30,310 nt of DNA from Vicugna vicugna (GCA_013265495.1 MU057700.1:558001-588310), one strand, 5' to 3'. Positions 1-12,404 are shown, counted from the stretch's first letter. The notes: generated by a model not told the origin, from the sequence alone. Numbers and translations are program-made.

Positions 1-20
1 CTCAATAAAAAGATGTTAAA

Positions 21-1110
21 AATATCACAGGGAAAAAAAAGAAAGTAAACATATTTCAAATCAATAACTCAAACTTCCACCTTAAGACACTGAAAAATGA
101 AGAGAAAACTAAATACAAAGAAAGCATAGGGAAGGAAATAAGAAAATTAGAATGGATATTAATTAAATAGAGAATATAGAAAAAATGTAGAAAAATTAAT
201 GAAACAAAACTGAAATTTTTAACAAGATTGACCAAGAATAAAAGAGAGGTGACTCAAATTACTAATATCAGGAATGAAAGTGGAGATATTACTATCATTA
301 CTATCAACCTTACCAAAAAAAAAAGGGAACTATAAGGGAATATATGAACAACTATATTTCAATACATTACTTAACAGCTGAAGTAGATAAATTCCTAGAT
401 AGTCATGGACTACCCAAATTGATTCAGAAAGAAATAAAAAATCTAAATAAACTTATAAAAAGTAAAGAGATTGACTTAATATTAAAATTTTTTTCTCCAA
501 AGGAAAGAGAAGGCCCACATGCCTTCACTGCTGAATTCTACCAAAAATTTAGAGAATTTACACCAAATTTTCATAAATTTGTCCAAAAGAGTAAATAAGG
601 AAGGAACACTTCCCAACTCACTCTATGAGGCCACTATTATCCTGACATTAAAGATATCACAAGAAAAGAAAACTGGAGAAATATCTTATGAATATGAATC
701 CAAAAAAATCACAAAATATTAGTAAACTGAATCCGTCAATGTATAAAAATAATTATGTACTATGACCAAGTGGGTTTTATCCCAGATATCAAAGTTAAAC
801 AGCCAAAAATTAATAAAAACCATATGATCACCTCAATAGAAACAGAAAAAAATTATTTGACAAAACCCAACACTTCTTGATAAAAACACTTAACAAATTA
901 GGAATAGAGAACTTCCTAAACCTGATAAAAGGCATTCACAAAAAGCCTACAGCTAACACCACACTTAATGGTGAAAGATTGAATGGTTTTCCTTTAACAT
1001 CAAGAACAAGACAGGGATGTCTACTGTCACCACTTCTAATCAGTACCCTATTGGAAGTTCTATGCAGGATAATTAGGCAACAAAATAAATAAAATAAAAT
1101 AAATCCAGAT
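21..1110 (+). mobile_element. Old, degraded LINE-1 ORF2 fragment (linker to RT region)
   Basis: Translated pieces match L1 ORF2: FTAEFYQKF, TLPNSLYEATIIL, MIKTLNKLGIE, RTRQGCLLSPLL; many frameshifts and deletions; stops before the YADD motif. Confidence 0.9.
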
Positions 1111-3028
1111 AGACTTTAAAAGATGGATATCATACTAAGTATCTTCTCTACAACAGAATAAAGTTAGAAATCAACCACAGAAGTAAAACTGGAAAATTCA
1201 CATATTTGTAGAAATTAAAAAACACAGTTTTAAACAACCAATGGATCAAATAAAAAATCACAAGGAAAATTAGAAAATACTTAGAGATGAATGAAAACAA
1301 AAAACACAATGTAACAGAACTTTCAGTATGCATTGAAAACAGTACTAAGGGGAAATTTACAGCTATAAATGTTTATCCTAAAAAAAAGAGAAAAATATCA
1401 AATCAACAAATTATCTTTACTACTTAAGGAACTAGAAAAGGAAGAACAAATGAAATCCAAAGGTAGTGGAGGAAAGAAAGAAAGATTAAAGTGGAGATAG
1501 ACAAAACAGGGAATAGAAAAACAATAGAGAAAATGAATAAAATCATAAGTTGGTATTTTGAAAAGATCAACAAAATTGACAAACCATTAGCTAGAAAGAC
1601 TAAGAAAAAAAGAAAGAAGACTTAAATTACTAAAATCAGAAATGAAAGTGGAGACATGGCTACTGATCTGACAGAAATAAAAAAGATATTAAGAGAGTAC
1701 TATGAAAAATTGTGCACACAAAAATGGGTAATGTACATGAAATAAACAAAATTCTATAAACACAAAACCTACTAAGACTAAATCATGAAGAAATAGAAAT
1801 CTGAATAGATATATAACTAGTGAGGAGATTGAATCAGTAATCAAAGATCTCCTGACAATGAAAAGCCCTTGGCCTTATGGCTTCAATGGTGGGTTCTACC
1901 AAATATTTAAAGAAGAATTTATACCAATTCTCAAACTTTTCCAAAAATTGAAGAGGAAAGAACACTTCTTAACTCATTCTGTGAAGCCTATATTACCCTG
2001 ATACCAAAGACAGATAAAGACACTACAAGAAAAGAAAACTATACATTGATACAGAAATTCTCAACAAAATCTTAGCAAATCAAATTCAGCAGCATAGCAA
2101 AAAGATTGAAAGGATTATACACCATGACCAAATGGAATTTATCCTTGGGATGCAAGGATACTTCATCATATAAAATCAACCAATATAACACACCACATTA
2201 ATAGAATAAGGAAGAACAGACACATGATTATCTTAATTGATGCAAAAATTATTTGACAAAAATGAAAACTCTTTCATGATAAAAAACAACAAGCAAACTA
2301 GAAATAGAAGGAAATTACCTTAATATCATAAAATCATATATGAAAAACCCACAGCAAATATCACACTCAATGGTGAAAGCTTTAAAACATTTCCTCTATG
2401 AACCAGAATAAACGAGGATGCCCACTTTCATCATTTTTGTTAATTAAATACTGGAAGTTCTAGCCAGAGCAATCTTTAGGCAAGAAAAAGAAATTAAAGG
2501 TATCCAAGTTGGAAACAAGTAGTATTATCTCTGTTTGCAGATTTTACGGTCTTATATGAAGAAAACTCCATAAAGATTCTGGGGAAAAAAAGTTAGAGCT
2601 ACTCAGCAAAGTAGCAGATACAAAGTCAACATTAAAAAATCAGTTGCATTTCTACACACTAACAATGAACAATCTGAAAAGGAAATTACAAAAACAATTC
2701 CATTTATAATAGCATCAAAAAGCATAAAGTACTTAGGAGCTGATGTAACTAAGGAGGTGAATGACTTGTATAATAAAAACTACAAAACATTACTAAAAGA
2801 AATTACAGAAGACATAAATAAATGAAAACACATCTCATGTTCATGGTTTGGAAGACAATATTGTTAAGATGCCAATACTGCCTAACAAAATCTATAGACT
2901 CAATGCAATCCCTATGAAAATCTCAATGATTTTTTTTTTTGCAGAAAAAGAAAACCCACCCTAAAATTCATATGAAATCTTAAGGGACTCCGAATAGCCA
3001 AAGCAATCTTGAAAATAACAAAGCTGCA
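1111..3028 (+). mobile_element. L1MB-type LINE-1, 5'-truncated; left part (end of endonuclease through RT)
   Basis: Collinear L1 ORF2 sequence restarting at the end of the EN domain; decayed RT motif ctgtttgcagat at ~2531-2542; breaks at ...aacaaagctgca (3028) and resumes at ~12975. Confidence 0.88.
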
Positions 3029-3193
3029 GAAGAGCAGCCAAGATGGCAGAGTAGAAGGACCTAATCTTACCTCCTCTCACAAGCACGCCAAAATGGCAAC
3101 TAATGGCAACTAACTCTAGAATAACCATTGATGAAAGAGACTGGAACCTGCCAGAAATTATCTTCTAGGAATAAAGACATAAATAAGGAACCA

Positions 3194-3290
3194 GAGGGGA
3201 GGGCATAGCTCAGTGGTAGAGTGTCTGCTTAGTGAGCACAAGGCCATGGGCTCAATCCCCAGTACATTCATTAAAAAATAAATAAATAAG
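3194..3290 (+). mobile_element. tRNA-derived SINE (Vic-1-like), 5' part
   Basis: ggggagggcatagctcagtggtagag...; Pol III A box TAGCTCAGTGG 3206-3216, degenerate B box ggctcaatccc 3249-3259, then an (aaat)n linker. Confidence 0.85.
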
Positions 3291-4227
3291 ATTTATGGTC
3301 AAGATGGTGGTATGGTAGGACCATGAGCTCACTTCTCGTGACTACAATGAAGCCACAACTGAAAGCTAAACAGCCATTGAAAAAATGACTGGAACCTAGC
3401 AAAGAAGATCTTCTGCAACTGGAAACATAAAGAAGAAACCAGGGCAGGATGGTAGGAGGGGTGTGCTCGTGATATAATTGGGCCCTATATCCCTGGGGTA
3501 GACGATCCCACAAGCTGAAGAATAGTTAAGTTGCAGAGGCCCTCCCACAGGAGTAAGAGCTCTAAGCCCCATGTCAGTCTCCCCAGCCTGGGTTACCAGC
3601 ATTGGGAGGAGAAGGAGACCCCAGGACATCTGGTTTTGAAGGCCAGTGGGGCTTGGCTCTGGGAGCCTCATGGGACTGGGGGAAACGGAGACTCGACTAG
3701 CTTGAGAAGTGTACATGGAAACACACATGTACTAGGTCCAAGGGCAGAAACAGTGATTTCATAGGAATCTGGGCCAGACCTGCCTGCTGGATTTGGAGGG
3801 TCTCCTGGGGACATGAGGGACAGCTGTGGCTCACTCAGGGGACATAAAAACTGGTGGCAGACATTCTGGGAGTGTTCATCTATATGAGCTTTCCTGGAAG
3901 CTGACATCTTGATTGGATCATTAGCACTAAGACCTAGCCCCACCTAACAGCCTGTAGGGCTGCCTCAGGCCAAACAACATACAGGGTGGGGAACACAGCC
4001 CCACCCATCAGCAGACTTCTTAAGCCACAAAGGCCTCTAGACACAGGCTTACCCACCAGAGATCCAGGAACAAGCTTCACCCAGCAGTGTGCAGGCACTG
4101 GCTCCTCCTGCCAGGAAACCTGCATAAGCCTCCAGTCGAACCTCATCCACCAGGGGCAGATACTAGAAATAAGAAAACAACAATACCAAAGTCTGTGGAA
4201 GGAATGCACAAACACAAAGAAAGACAG

Positions 4228-5113
4228 ATGATCTGAGGCAGCAAAAGAATATTTCCCAGGCCAAGGCACAAGTTAAAATCCCAGAAGAAGAAATAAGTGA
4301 TGAGGAGATAGGTAATTTGTCTAAGAAAGAGTTTAAAGTAATGACGGTGAAGATGTTCAGAGAACTCAAGAGGAGTATAGATGCACAGAGTGAAGTTTTC
4401 AGCAAAGAGGTGAAAAATATAAAGAATACCCAAACAGAGTTGAAGAATAAAATCACTGAAATGAGCAATACACTAGAAGGAACCAAGAATAGACCAAATG
4501 CAGCAGAAGTAAGCTAGAAGACAGATTAGCTGAAATCACTACTTCAGAACAGAAAAAGGAAAAAAAGAATTAAAAGGAATGAGGATAGTTTAAGAGAACT
4601 CTGGGACAACATGAAGCACTCTAATATTTGCATTACAGTGGTCCCAGAAAGGAAAGACAGAGAGAAAGGACCTGAGAACATTTTTGGAGAGATAATACCC
4701 CAAAACTTCCCCAACTTGGGAAAAGAAACAGTCACCCAAGTCCTGGAAGTGCAGAGAGTACCACACAGAATCAGCCCAAAGAAGAACACATCAAAGCATA
4801 TAGTCATCAAATTGACAAAAATTAAGGATAAGGAGAAAATATTAAAATCAGCAACAGAAAAGCAACAAATAACATACAAGGAATCTCCCATAAGGTTATC
4901 AGCTGATTTTTCAGCAGAAACTCTACAAGTCAGAAGGGAGTGGCATGATATATTTAAAGTGATGCAAGGGGGAAACTTACAACCAAGAATACTCTACCCA
5001 GCAAGGCTCTCATTCAGACTTGGAGAAATCAAAAGCTTCACAGATAAACAAAGCTAATAGATTTCAGCACCACCAAACCAGCTTTACGACATATATTAAA
5101 GGACCTTCTCTAG
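4228..5113 (+). pseudogene. Disrupted L1 ORF1p (RNA-binding protein) of element B
   Basis: KEFKVMTVKMFRELK, NIFGEIIPQNFPNL, HIVIKLTKIKDKEKILK, PIRLSADFSAETLQVRREWHDIFKVM, QPRILYPARLSF; stop TAG 5111-5113; several stops/frameshifts; start position approximate. Confidence 0.9.
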
Positions 5114-5173
5114 TCATCAAACCATAGGGAAAGAGAACAAAAAGAAGAAAGAGAAAAAAAAAAGACCTACAAA

Positions 5174-5690
5174 AGATTGTTTTAGCTGTCTGGGGTCTTT
5201 TGTGGTTCTGGTGATTTTTGTAATTGTTTGTTCTAGTTCTTTGAGGAATCTCATGAGTATTTTGATGGGGGTTGTGTTGGATCTGTGGATTTCTTTGGAT
5301 AGTGTGGCCATTTTGATAGTGTTGATTCTTCCAACCCAAGAGCACAAGAAATCTTTCCATTTCTTTGTGTCATTTTGGTTTTTGGAGTAATGGTAACCTC
5401 CTTGGTTAAGTTTACTTCTAGGTATTTTGTTGTTTTTGATGCAATGGAAATGTTTATGCCAGTTATAAAATTCTGGTTTTTGAAATGAAAAAAGAAAAGT
5501 GAATGAAGGGCTGCAAATGGCAAAATGTCCTTTCTTATGGGTGAGTTGTCTTCCTTTACATATATATATATATGCTACATTGTCATTATCTATTCAATTA
5601 TTGATGTGTACTTAGGATGCTTCTATGTCTTGGCAATTATAAATAGTGTTGCTGTTAATAGCAGGGTGTATGTATCTTTTTGAGTTAATT
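5174..5690 (-). mobile_element. Two non-collinear antisense L1 ORF2 fragments inside element B
   Basis: 5174-5460 reads on the minus strand as CSWVGRINTIKMATLSK and TTKYLEVNLTKEV (post-RT region); ~5515-5690 is the antisense of the ORF2 C-terminal region. Confidence 0.85.
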
Positions 5691-5831
5691 CTTATTTTGT
5701 AGTTGGCTTTATTCCTTTTATAACTATATAAGTTTAAAAAGCTAAAGCTCTAAGCGTTCTTAGAAACAATGAAGGGTATATATATGTAAATTACAAAATA
5801 TATGAGCAGTTAAAAAAAAAAGAAGAAGAAG

Positions 5832-6349
5832 AAACGAGCCATGAAAGACATGGAAGAAACTTAAAGGACATATTACTAAATGAAAGAAGCCAATCTGAAA
5901 AGGCTACGAACTATATGATTCCAACCAAATGACATTCTGGAAAAGACACAGCTACAGAAACAATAAAAAAGATTATGGTTTCCAGGAGCTTGGGGAAAGG
6001 GAGGGAGGGAGGAATGAATAGATGGAGCACAAGGGATTTTCAAGGAAATGAAATTATTCTGTATGATACTATAGTGGTGGCTACATGTCATTATGCATTT
6101 GTCAAAACCCATAGAATGTACAACATCAAGAGTGAATCCTAATGTGAACTGTGGACTTTGGTTGATAGTAATGTGTCCATGTTGGTTTATTGACTGTACC
6201 AAACATGCCACACTGATGAGGAATGTTGAAGGTAGGGGAATATATATGTGTGGGTGGGGAGGGCTATGTGTGAACTTTCTGTATTTTCTGCTCAATTCTG
6301 TTATAAACCTGAAACTGCTCTAAAAAAATTAAGTCTATTAATTAAAAAA
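5832..6349 (+). mobile_element. L1MC-like 3' end forming the tail of element B
   Basis: gaagccaatctgaaaaggctac, ttgtcaaaacccatagaatgtacaac, cctaatgtgaactgtggactttgg, aacctgaaactgctctaaaaaa are typical of L1MC1-type 3' ends. Confidence 0.8.
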
Positions 6350-6425
6350 AAATAAGCCTGATTACCTTTCCCCCAGTAAAACAACAACCAAAAAACCCCA
6401 AAAGCTGAAAGAAAACAAAAAACCA
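6350..6425 (+). mobile_element. 3' part of the split Vic-1-like SINE and its A-rich tail
   Basis: aaataagcctgattacctttccccc followed by a degenerate poly(A); matches the aaataaacctaattacctcccc tail I recall for this SINE; ends at aacca, which also precedes the 5' half. Confidence 0.7.
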
Positions 6426-7379
6426 CAATGAGATGAGTAGGAGGGGTGGACTCCCAATATAATCAAATCCCATACCCCCTGGGTGGGTGACCCACAAACT
6501 GGAGAATAATTATATTACAGAGGTTCTCCCATAGGAGTGAGATTTGTGAGTCTCATGTCAGGTTTCCAGTCCAGGGGTCTGGCCCTGGGAAGGAGCCCCC
6601 AGTTCATTTGGATTTGAAGGTCAGAGGGACATGATTGCAGGAGCTTCACAGTATTTGGGGAAATAGAGACTTCACTCTTAAAGGGCACATACAAATTACA
6701 CACACTGGGACCAAGGGTGAAATCAGTAATTTGAAAGAAGCCTGAGCTAGACCTACCTGCTGGTCTTGGAGAGTCTCCTGGGGAAGCAGGGGCAGCTGTG
6801 GCTCACCCTGGAACATAGACACTGGTGGTGGACATATCAGTGATCATTTTCTGCTTGAGTTCTCCTGGAGGCTGATGTCTTAGCACCAATACCTGGCCCC
6901 ACCCAACAGCCTGTAGGCTGCAGTGCTCCAATGCCTCCGGCCAGACAACAAACTGGGTGGAGACACAGCCCCATCCATCAGCAGACTGCCTATGACTTCC
7001 CGAGCCTACAGCTACCTACAGACATGCCCCTAGACACAGCCCTGCCCGCCAGAGGGTCAAGGCCCAGTTCCACCCACCAGTGGGCAGACACCAGCCCTTT
7101 CCACTAGGAAACATGCACAAGCCTATATACCAGCCTCACTCACCAGGGGGCAGACACCAGAAGCAAGAAAACTATAGTCAGTCTTGCAGCCTGAAGACCA
7201 AATCTGCAAGACAGGCCAGATGCTACCCTGAGATCAGCTGTCCCCTGGTCCTTGGGGATGAGAGGGGAGTGAACTGCTGGGATGCATAGAACAGCTCTTA
7301 CAGAGGGCCACACCTCCAAGGTCAAGAAATGTAACTAACCTATCACATACACAACAATACAAACAGTAATTTAGACAAA

Positions 7380-8255
7380 ATGAGGTGACTGAGGAAGGAA
7401 CGAGATAAAACCCCAGAAGAAGAACTGTGACATGAAGATAGGCAATCTATCTGAGAAATAATTCATAGTAATGATCCTGAAGATGATAAAAGAACTCAGG
7501 GGATAATGAATGCACAGAGCAAGAAGTTAGAAGTTTTTAACAAAGAATTAGAAAATATAAAAACAACGAAACAGAACTGAAGAATACAATAACTGAAATG
7601 AAAAAAAAATGCACTAGAAGGAATTGATCGTAGACTAGATGAGGGAAAAGAATGGATCAGTGAGCTGGAAGACAAAGCAGTAGAAATCACTGCCACCAAA
7701 CAGAAAAAGGGAAAAAGAATGAAAAGAAGTGAGGACACTTTAAGAGACCTCTGGGACAATATCAAGCATGCTAATATTCTCATTATAGGAATCCAAGAAG
7801 GAGAAGAGAGGGCCTGAGAAAATATTTGAAGAGATAATAGCTGAAAACTTGCCTAACCTGGGAAGGGAACTACTCACCCACATCCAGGAAGTGCAGAGTC
7901 CCATACAGGATTAATCTAAAGAAGAAAACACCAAGACACATTGTAATCAAAATGAAAAACACTGAAGATAAAGAGAAAACATTAAAAACAACAAGGGAAA
8001 ATAAAATATAACATACAAGGGAACTCCCATAAGTCTCTCAGCTGATTTTTCAGCCAAAACTCTGCAGGCCAGAAGGAGGTGTCATGATATACTGAAAGTG
8101 ATGAGAGAGAAAAACCTACAACCAATAATACTCTACCCAGCAAGGCTCTCATTCACATTTGATGGAGAAATCGAAAGCTTTACAGATAAGCAAAAGTAAA
8201 AGAATTCAGCACCACCAAATCAGCTTTACAACAAAGGCTAAAGGAACTTCTCTAG
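7380..8255 (+). pseudogene. Disrupted L1 ORF1p of element A
   Basis: Collinear with ORF1 of element B (ctctgggacaa, gctgatttttcagc, tactctacccagcaaggctctcattc); ATG 7380, TAG 8253-8255; multiple stops and frameshifts. Confidence 0.88.
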
Positions 8256-8538
8256 GCAGAAAAGGAAAGGCCACAACTTGAAACAAGAAAATTACAAAAT
8301 AGAAAAGCTCACTGGTAAAGGTTAGCATACAATGAAGGTAGGAAATTATGCACACACAAAGCTAGTAGGGAGGTTAAAAGACAAAGATGGTAAAATCATC
8401 TCTAGCCACAATACACAGTTAAGCATACACAAAACAGTTAGATGCAATATCAAAAACAGTAGTTGTGAAGGGAAGAAAGTACAAATGCAGAGTAGCTAAA
8501 ATGCATTTGAAATTAAGAGACCAACAACTTAAAACAAG

Positions 8539-8541
<3 letters not shown>

Positions 8542-8578
<37 letters not shown>
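8542..8578. repeat. (AC)n microsatellite in L1 inter-ORF spacer
   Basis: About 18 perfect AC units. Confidence 0.97.
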
Positions 8579-8584
<6 letters not shown>

Positions 8585-9780
8585 ATGGTAACTGTAAAAC
8601 AAAAATCTATAATAAATATATGCACAAAAAAAGAAAAAAGAATCCAAACATAACAGTAAAGATAGTCATCAAATCACAACAGAAGAGAACAAAAGAAGAA
8701 AGAGGGGGGAAAACTACAAAAAAAATCCAAAACAATTAGCAAAATGGTAATAGGAAAATACGCATCAATAACTATAAATGTAAATGGGCTAAATGCTCCA
8801 ACCAAAAGACACAGATTGGCTGAATGGATACAAAAACAGGACCTATATATGCTGCCTGCAAGAGACTCACTCAGATCTAGAGTCATATACAGACTAAAAG
8901 TGAGGGTCTAGAAAAAAGTATCCCATGCAAATAGAAATCAAATAAAGCTGAAGTAGCAATATTTATTTCAGACAAAATAAACTTTAAAATAAAAACTGTT
9001 ACAAGAGACAACGAAGGACACTACATAATGATCAAAGGATCAATCCAAAAAGAAGTTATAACAATTCTAAATATATATGCACCCAACATAGGAGCACCAC
9101 AATATATAATATATAAGGTAAATGTTAAAAAAGACATAAAAGGAGAAATTAACAGTAACATAATGAAAGTGGGGAACTTTAACACCTCACTTACATCAAT
9201 GGACAGATCATCAAGACAGAAAATCAAAAAGGAAACAGACCTTAAATGACATATTAGACCAGATGGATTTAATTGATATTTAGAGTATTCTATCTGGAAG
9301 CAGCAGAATACACATTCTTTTCAAGTGCACATGGAACATTCTTCAGGACAGATCACATGCTAGGCCACAAAGCAAGCCTTGGTAAATTTAAGAAAACTGA
9401 AATCATATCAAATATCTTTTCCAACCACAATACCATGAGGCTAGAAATCAACTACAAGAAAAAAAAACTGTGAAAAACACAAACACGTGGAGGCTAAACA
9501 ATACACTACTAAATAACCAATTGATCATTGGAAAAAAACCTGGAGAGAAATAAAAGTGAAAACATGATGATCCAAAACCTATGGGACACAGCAAAAGCAG
9601 TTTTACCAGGGAAGTTTATAGCAATACAAGCTTATCTCAGGAAACAAGAAAAATCTCAAGTAAACAACCTAAACTTAACACCTAAAGCAACAAGAGAAGG
9701 AAGAACAAAGAAAACCCAAAATTAGTAGAAGGAAAGAAATGATAGAGAATAGAGCAGAAATAAATGAACTAGAGACTAAA

Positions 9781-9800
9781 GAGAGAGAGAGAGAGAGAGA
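9781..9800. repeat. (GA)n microsatellite within ORF2
   Basis: gagagagagagagagagaga. Confidence 0.9.
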
Positions 9801-12404
9801 AGATCAATGAAACTGAAAGCTGTTTCTTTGAAAAGATAGACAAAATTGATAAACCTTTAGCCAGACTCATTAAGAAAAAAAGAGAGAGGGCCCTAATAAA
9901 AAAATTCAGAAATGAAAAAGGAGAAGTTACAACTGACATCACAGAAATACAAAGGACCAAAAGAGACTACTATGTGCCAATAAAATGGACAACCTGGAAG
10001 AAACAGACAAATTCTTAGAAAGTTACAATCTCTCAAAACTGAACCAGGAAGAAATAGAAGCTATGAACAGATCAATTACCAGTACTAAAATTGAATCAGT
10101 AATTTAAAAACTTCCAACAAACAAAAGTCCAGGACCAGATGGCTTCACAGGTAAATTCTACAAAACATTTAGAGAAGACTTAACACTATCCTTCTGAAAC
10201 TACTTCAACAAACTTCAGAGGAGTGAACACTTCTAAACTCATTCTATGGGGCCCCCATCACCCTGATACTAAAACCAGACAATGATATCACACAAAAAGA
10301 AAATACAGTTCAATATCACTAATGAACATAGATGTAAAAATTCTCAACAAAATACTAGCAAACCGACTCCAAAAATATATTAAAAATATCAAACCCCACA
10401 ATCAAGTGGGATTTATTCCAGGGATGCAAGGGATTTTTCAGTATCCACAAATCAATCAATGTGATACACCATATTTATAAATTGAAGAACAAAAACCATA
10501 TGATTATTTCAATAGATGCAGAAAAATGTTGTGATAAAATTCAACATCCATTTATGATAAAAGTTCTTCAGGAAGTGGGCATAGAGGGAATATACCTCAA
10601 CATAATAAAGGTCATATGTGACAAACCCACAGCTAAAATCATACTCAATAGCAAAAAGCTGAAAGCATTCCCTCTAAAATGAGAAAAAAGATAAGAATTC
10701 CCACTCTAGCCACTTTTATTCAACATAGTTTTGGAAGACCTACCCACAGCAATCAGAGAAGGAAAAGAAATAAAAGGAATCCAAATCGGAAAAGAAGTAA
10801 AAATATCACTGTTTGCAGACAATGTGAATATATACATAGAAAATCCTAAAAATGGCACCAGGAAACTACTAGAACTCAACAACGAATTCGTTAAAGTTAC
10901 CAGATTAAAAATTAATATACAGAAATCTGTTGCATTTCTATACATTAACAATGAAATATTGGAAAGAGAAATTAAGGAAACAATCCCATTCACCGCTACA
11001 TCAAAAAGAACAAAATACCTAAGAATAAGTCTACCTAAGGAGACAAAGGAACTGTACTCTGAAAACTGTAAGACACTGATGAAAGAAACTGAAGAGGACA
11101 CAAATGAATGGAAAGATATATCATGTTTTTAGGTTAGAAGAATCAGTACTGTTAAAATGACTGTACTACCCAAGGAAACCTACAGATTCAATGCAATTCC
11201 TACCAAATTATCAATGGCATTTTTCACAGAACTAGGATAAAAAATTTTAGAATTTGTGTGGAAGCACAAAAGACCCCAAATAGCCAAAACAATCTTGAGA
11301 AAGAAAAACAGAGCTAGAAGAATCATCCTCCCTGACTTCAGACCATTCTACAAAGCTACAGTAATCAAAACAGTATGGTACTGTCACCAAAACAGATATA
11401 AAGAACTATGGGACAGAATAGAAAGCCCAGAAATAAACTCACACACTTATGGTCAATTAATCTACAACAAAAGATGCAAAAATATACAATGGAGAAAAGA
11501 TAATCTCTTCAATAAGTGGTGCTGGGAAAACTGACAGTTACATGTAAAAGAATGAAATTAGAGCATTCTCTAACACCATATACAAAAATAAACTCAAAAT
11601 GGATTAAAGATCTAAATGTAAGACCAAATATTATAAAACTCCTAGAGGAAAACATAGGCAGAACACTCTTTGACATAAATTGCAGCAATATGTTTTTGGA
11701 TCCATCTCTGAAAGTAATGGAAATAAAAACAAAAACAAACAAATGGGACCTAATTAAATTTAAAAGCTTTTGCACAGCAAAAGAAACCATAAACAAAACA
11801 AAAAGACAACCTATGGAATGGGAGAAAATATTTGCAAAGAATGACCTACAACAGATTAATTTCCAAAATATATAAGCAGCTCACACAGGTCAATATCAAA
11901 AAACAAAAACAAAAACAAAAAACCCAATCCAGAAATGTGCAGATCTAAATAGATATTTCTCCAAAGAAGACATACAGATAGCAAACCAACTCCAAAAATA
12001 TATTAAACAGACACATAAAAAGATACTCAAAATCACTAATTATCAGAGAAATGCAAATGAAAACTACAATGAGGTATCACCTCACACTGGTCAGAATGGC
12101 CATCATTAAAAAATCTACAAGTAATAAATCCTGGAGAGGGTTTGGAGAAAAAGAAACCCTCCTACATTGTTGGTGGTAATATAAATTGGTGTAGCCACTA
12201 TGAAAAACAGTATGAAAGTTTCTTAAAGAACTGAAAATAGAGTTGCCATATGATCCAGCAATCCCACTCCTGGGCATATGACTGGAGGAAACTCCAAGAT
12301 ACATACACCCCAGTGCTCCCAGCAGCACTATTTACAATAGCCAAGACATGGAAGCAACATAAATGTCCATCGACAGATGAATGGATAAATAAGATATGGC
12401 ACAT

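Larger units (their letters stand above)
3291..6349 (+). mobile_element. ORF1-only chimeric L1 derivative (HAL1-type non-autonomous element, element B)
   Basis: Own 5' end (caagatgg at 3300), 5'UTR, ORF1, no sense ORF2, L1MC-like 3' end and A tail; bounded by aaataag at 3284-3290 and 6350-6356; splits a SINE into two halves. Confidence 0.75.

Noticed and set aside
3194..3270. Functional tRNA gene (Ala-like)
   Set aside because: Degenerate B box, no convincing acceptor stem, A-rich linker and tail, and location inside an L1 indicate a SINE.
5062..5080. REST/NRSE site (ttcagcacc)
   Set aside because: Only the left half matches and it is ordinary L1 ORF1 sequence, also present at ~8204-8212.
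5174..5690. Ordinary twin-priming 5' inversion
   Set aside because: Twin priming inverts the 5' portion of one element. Here the 5' portion is in sense, the antisense pieces are internal and non-collinear, and the 3' end is from a different, older subfamily.
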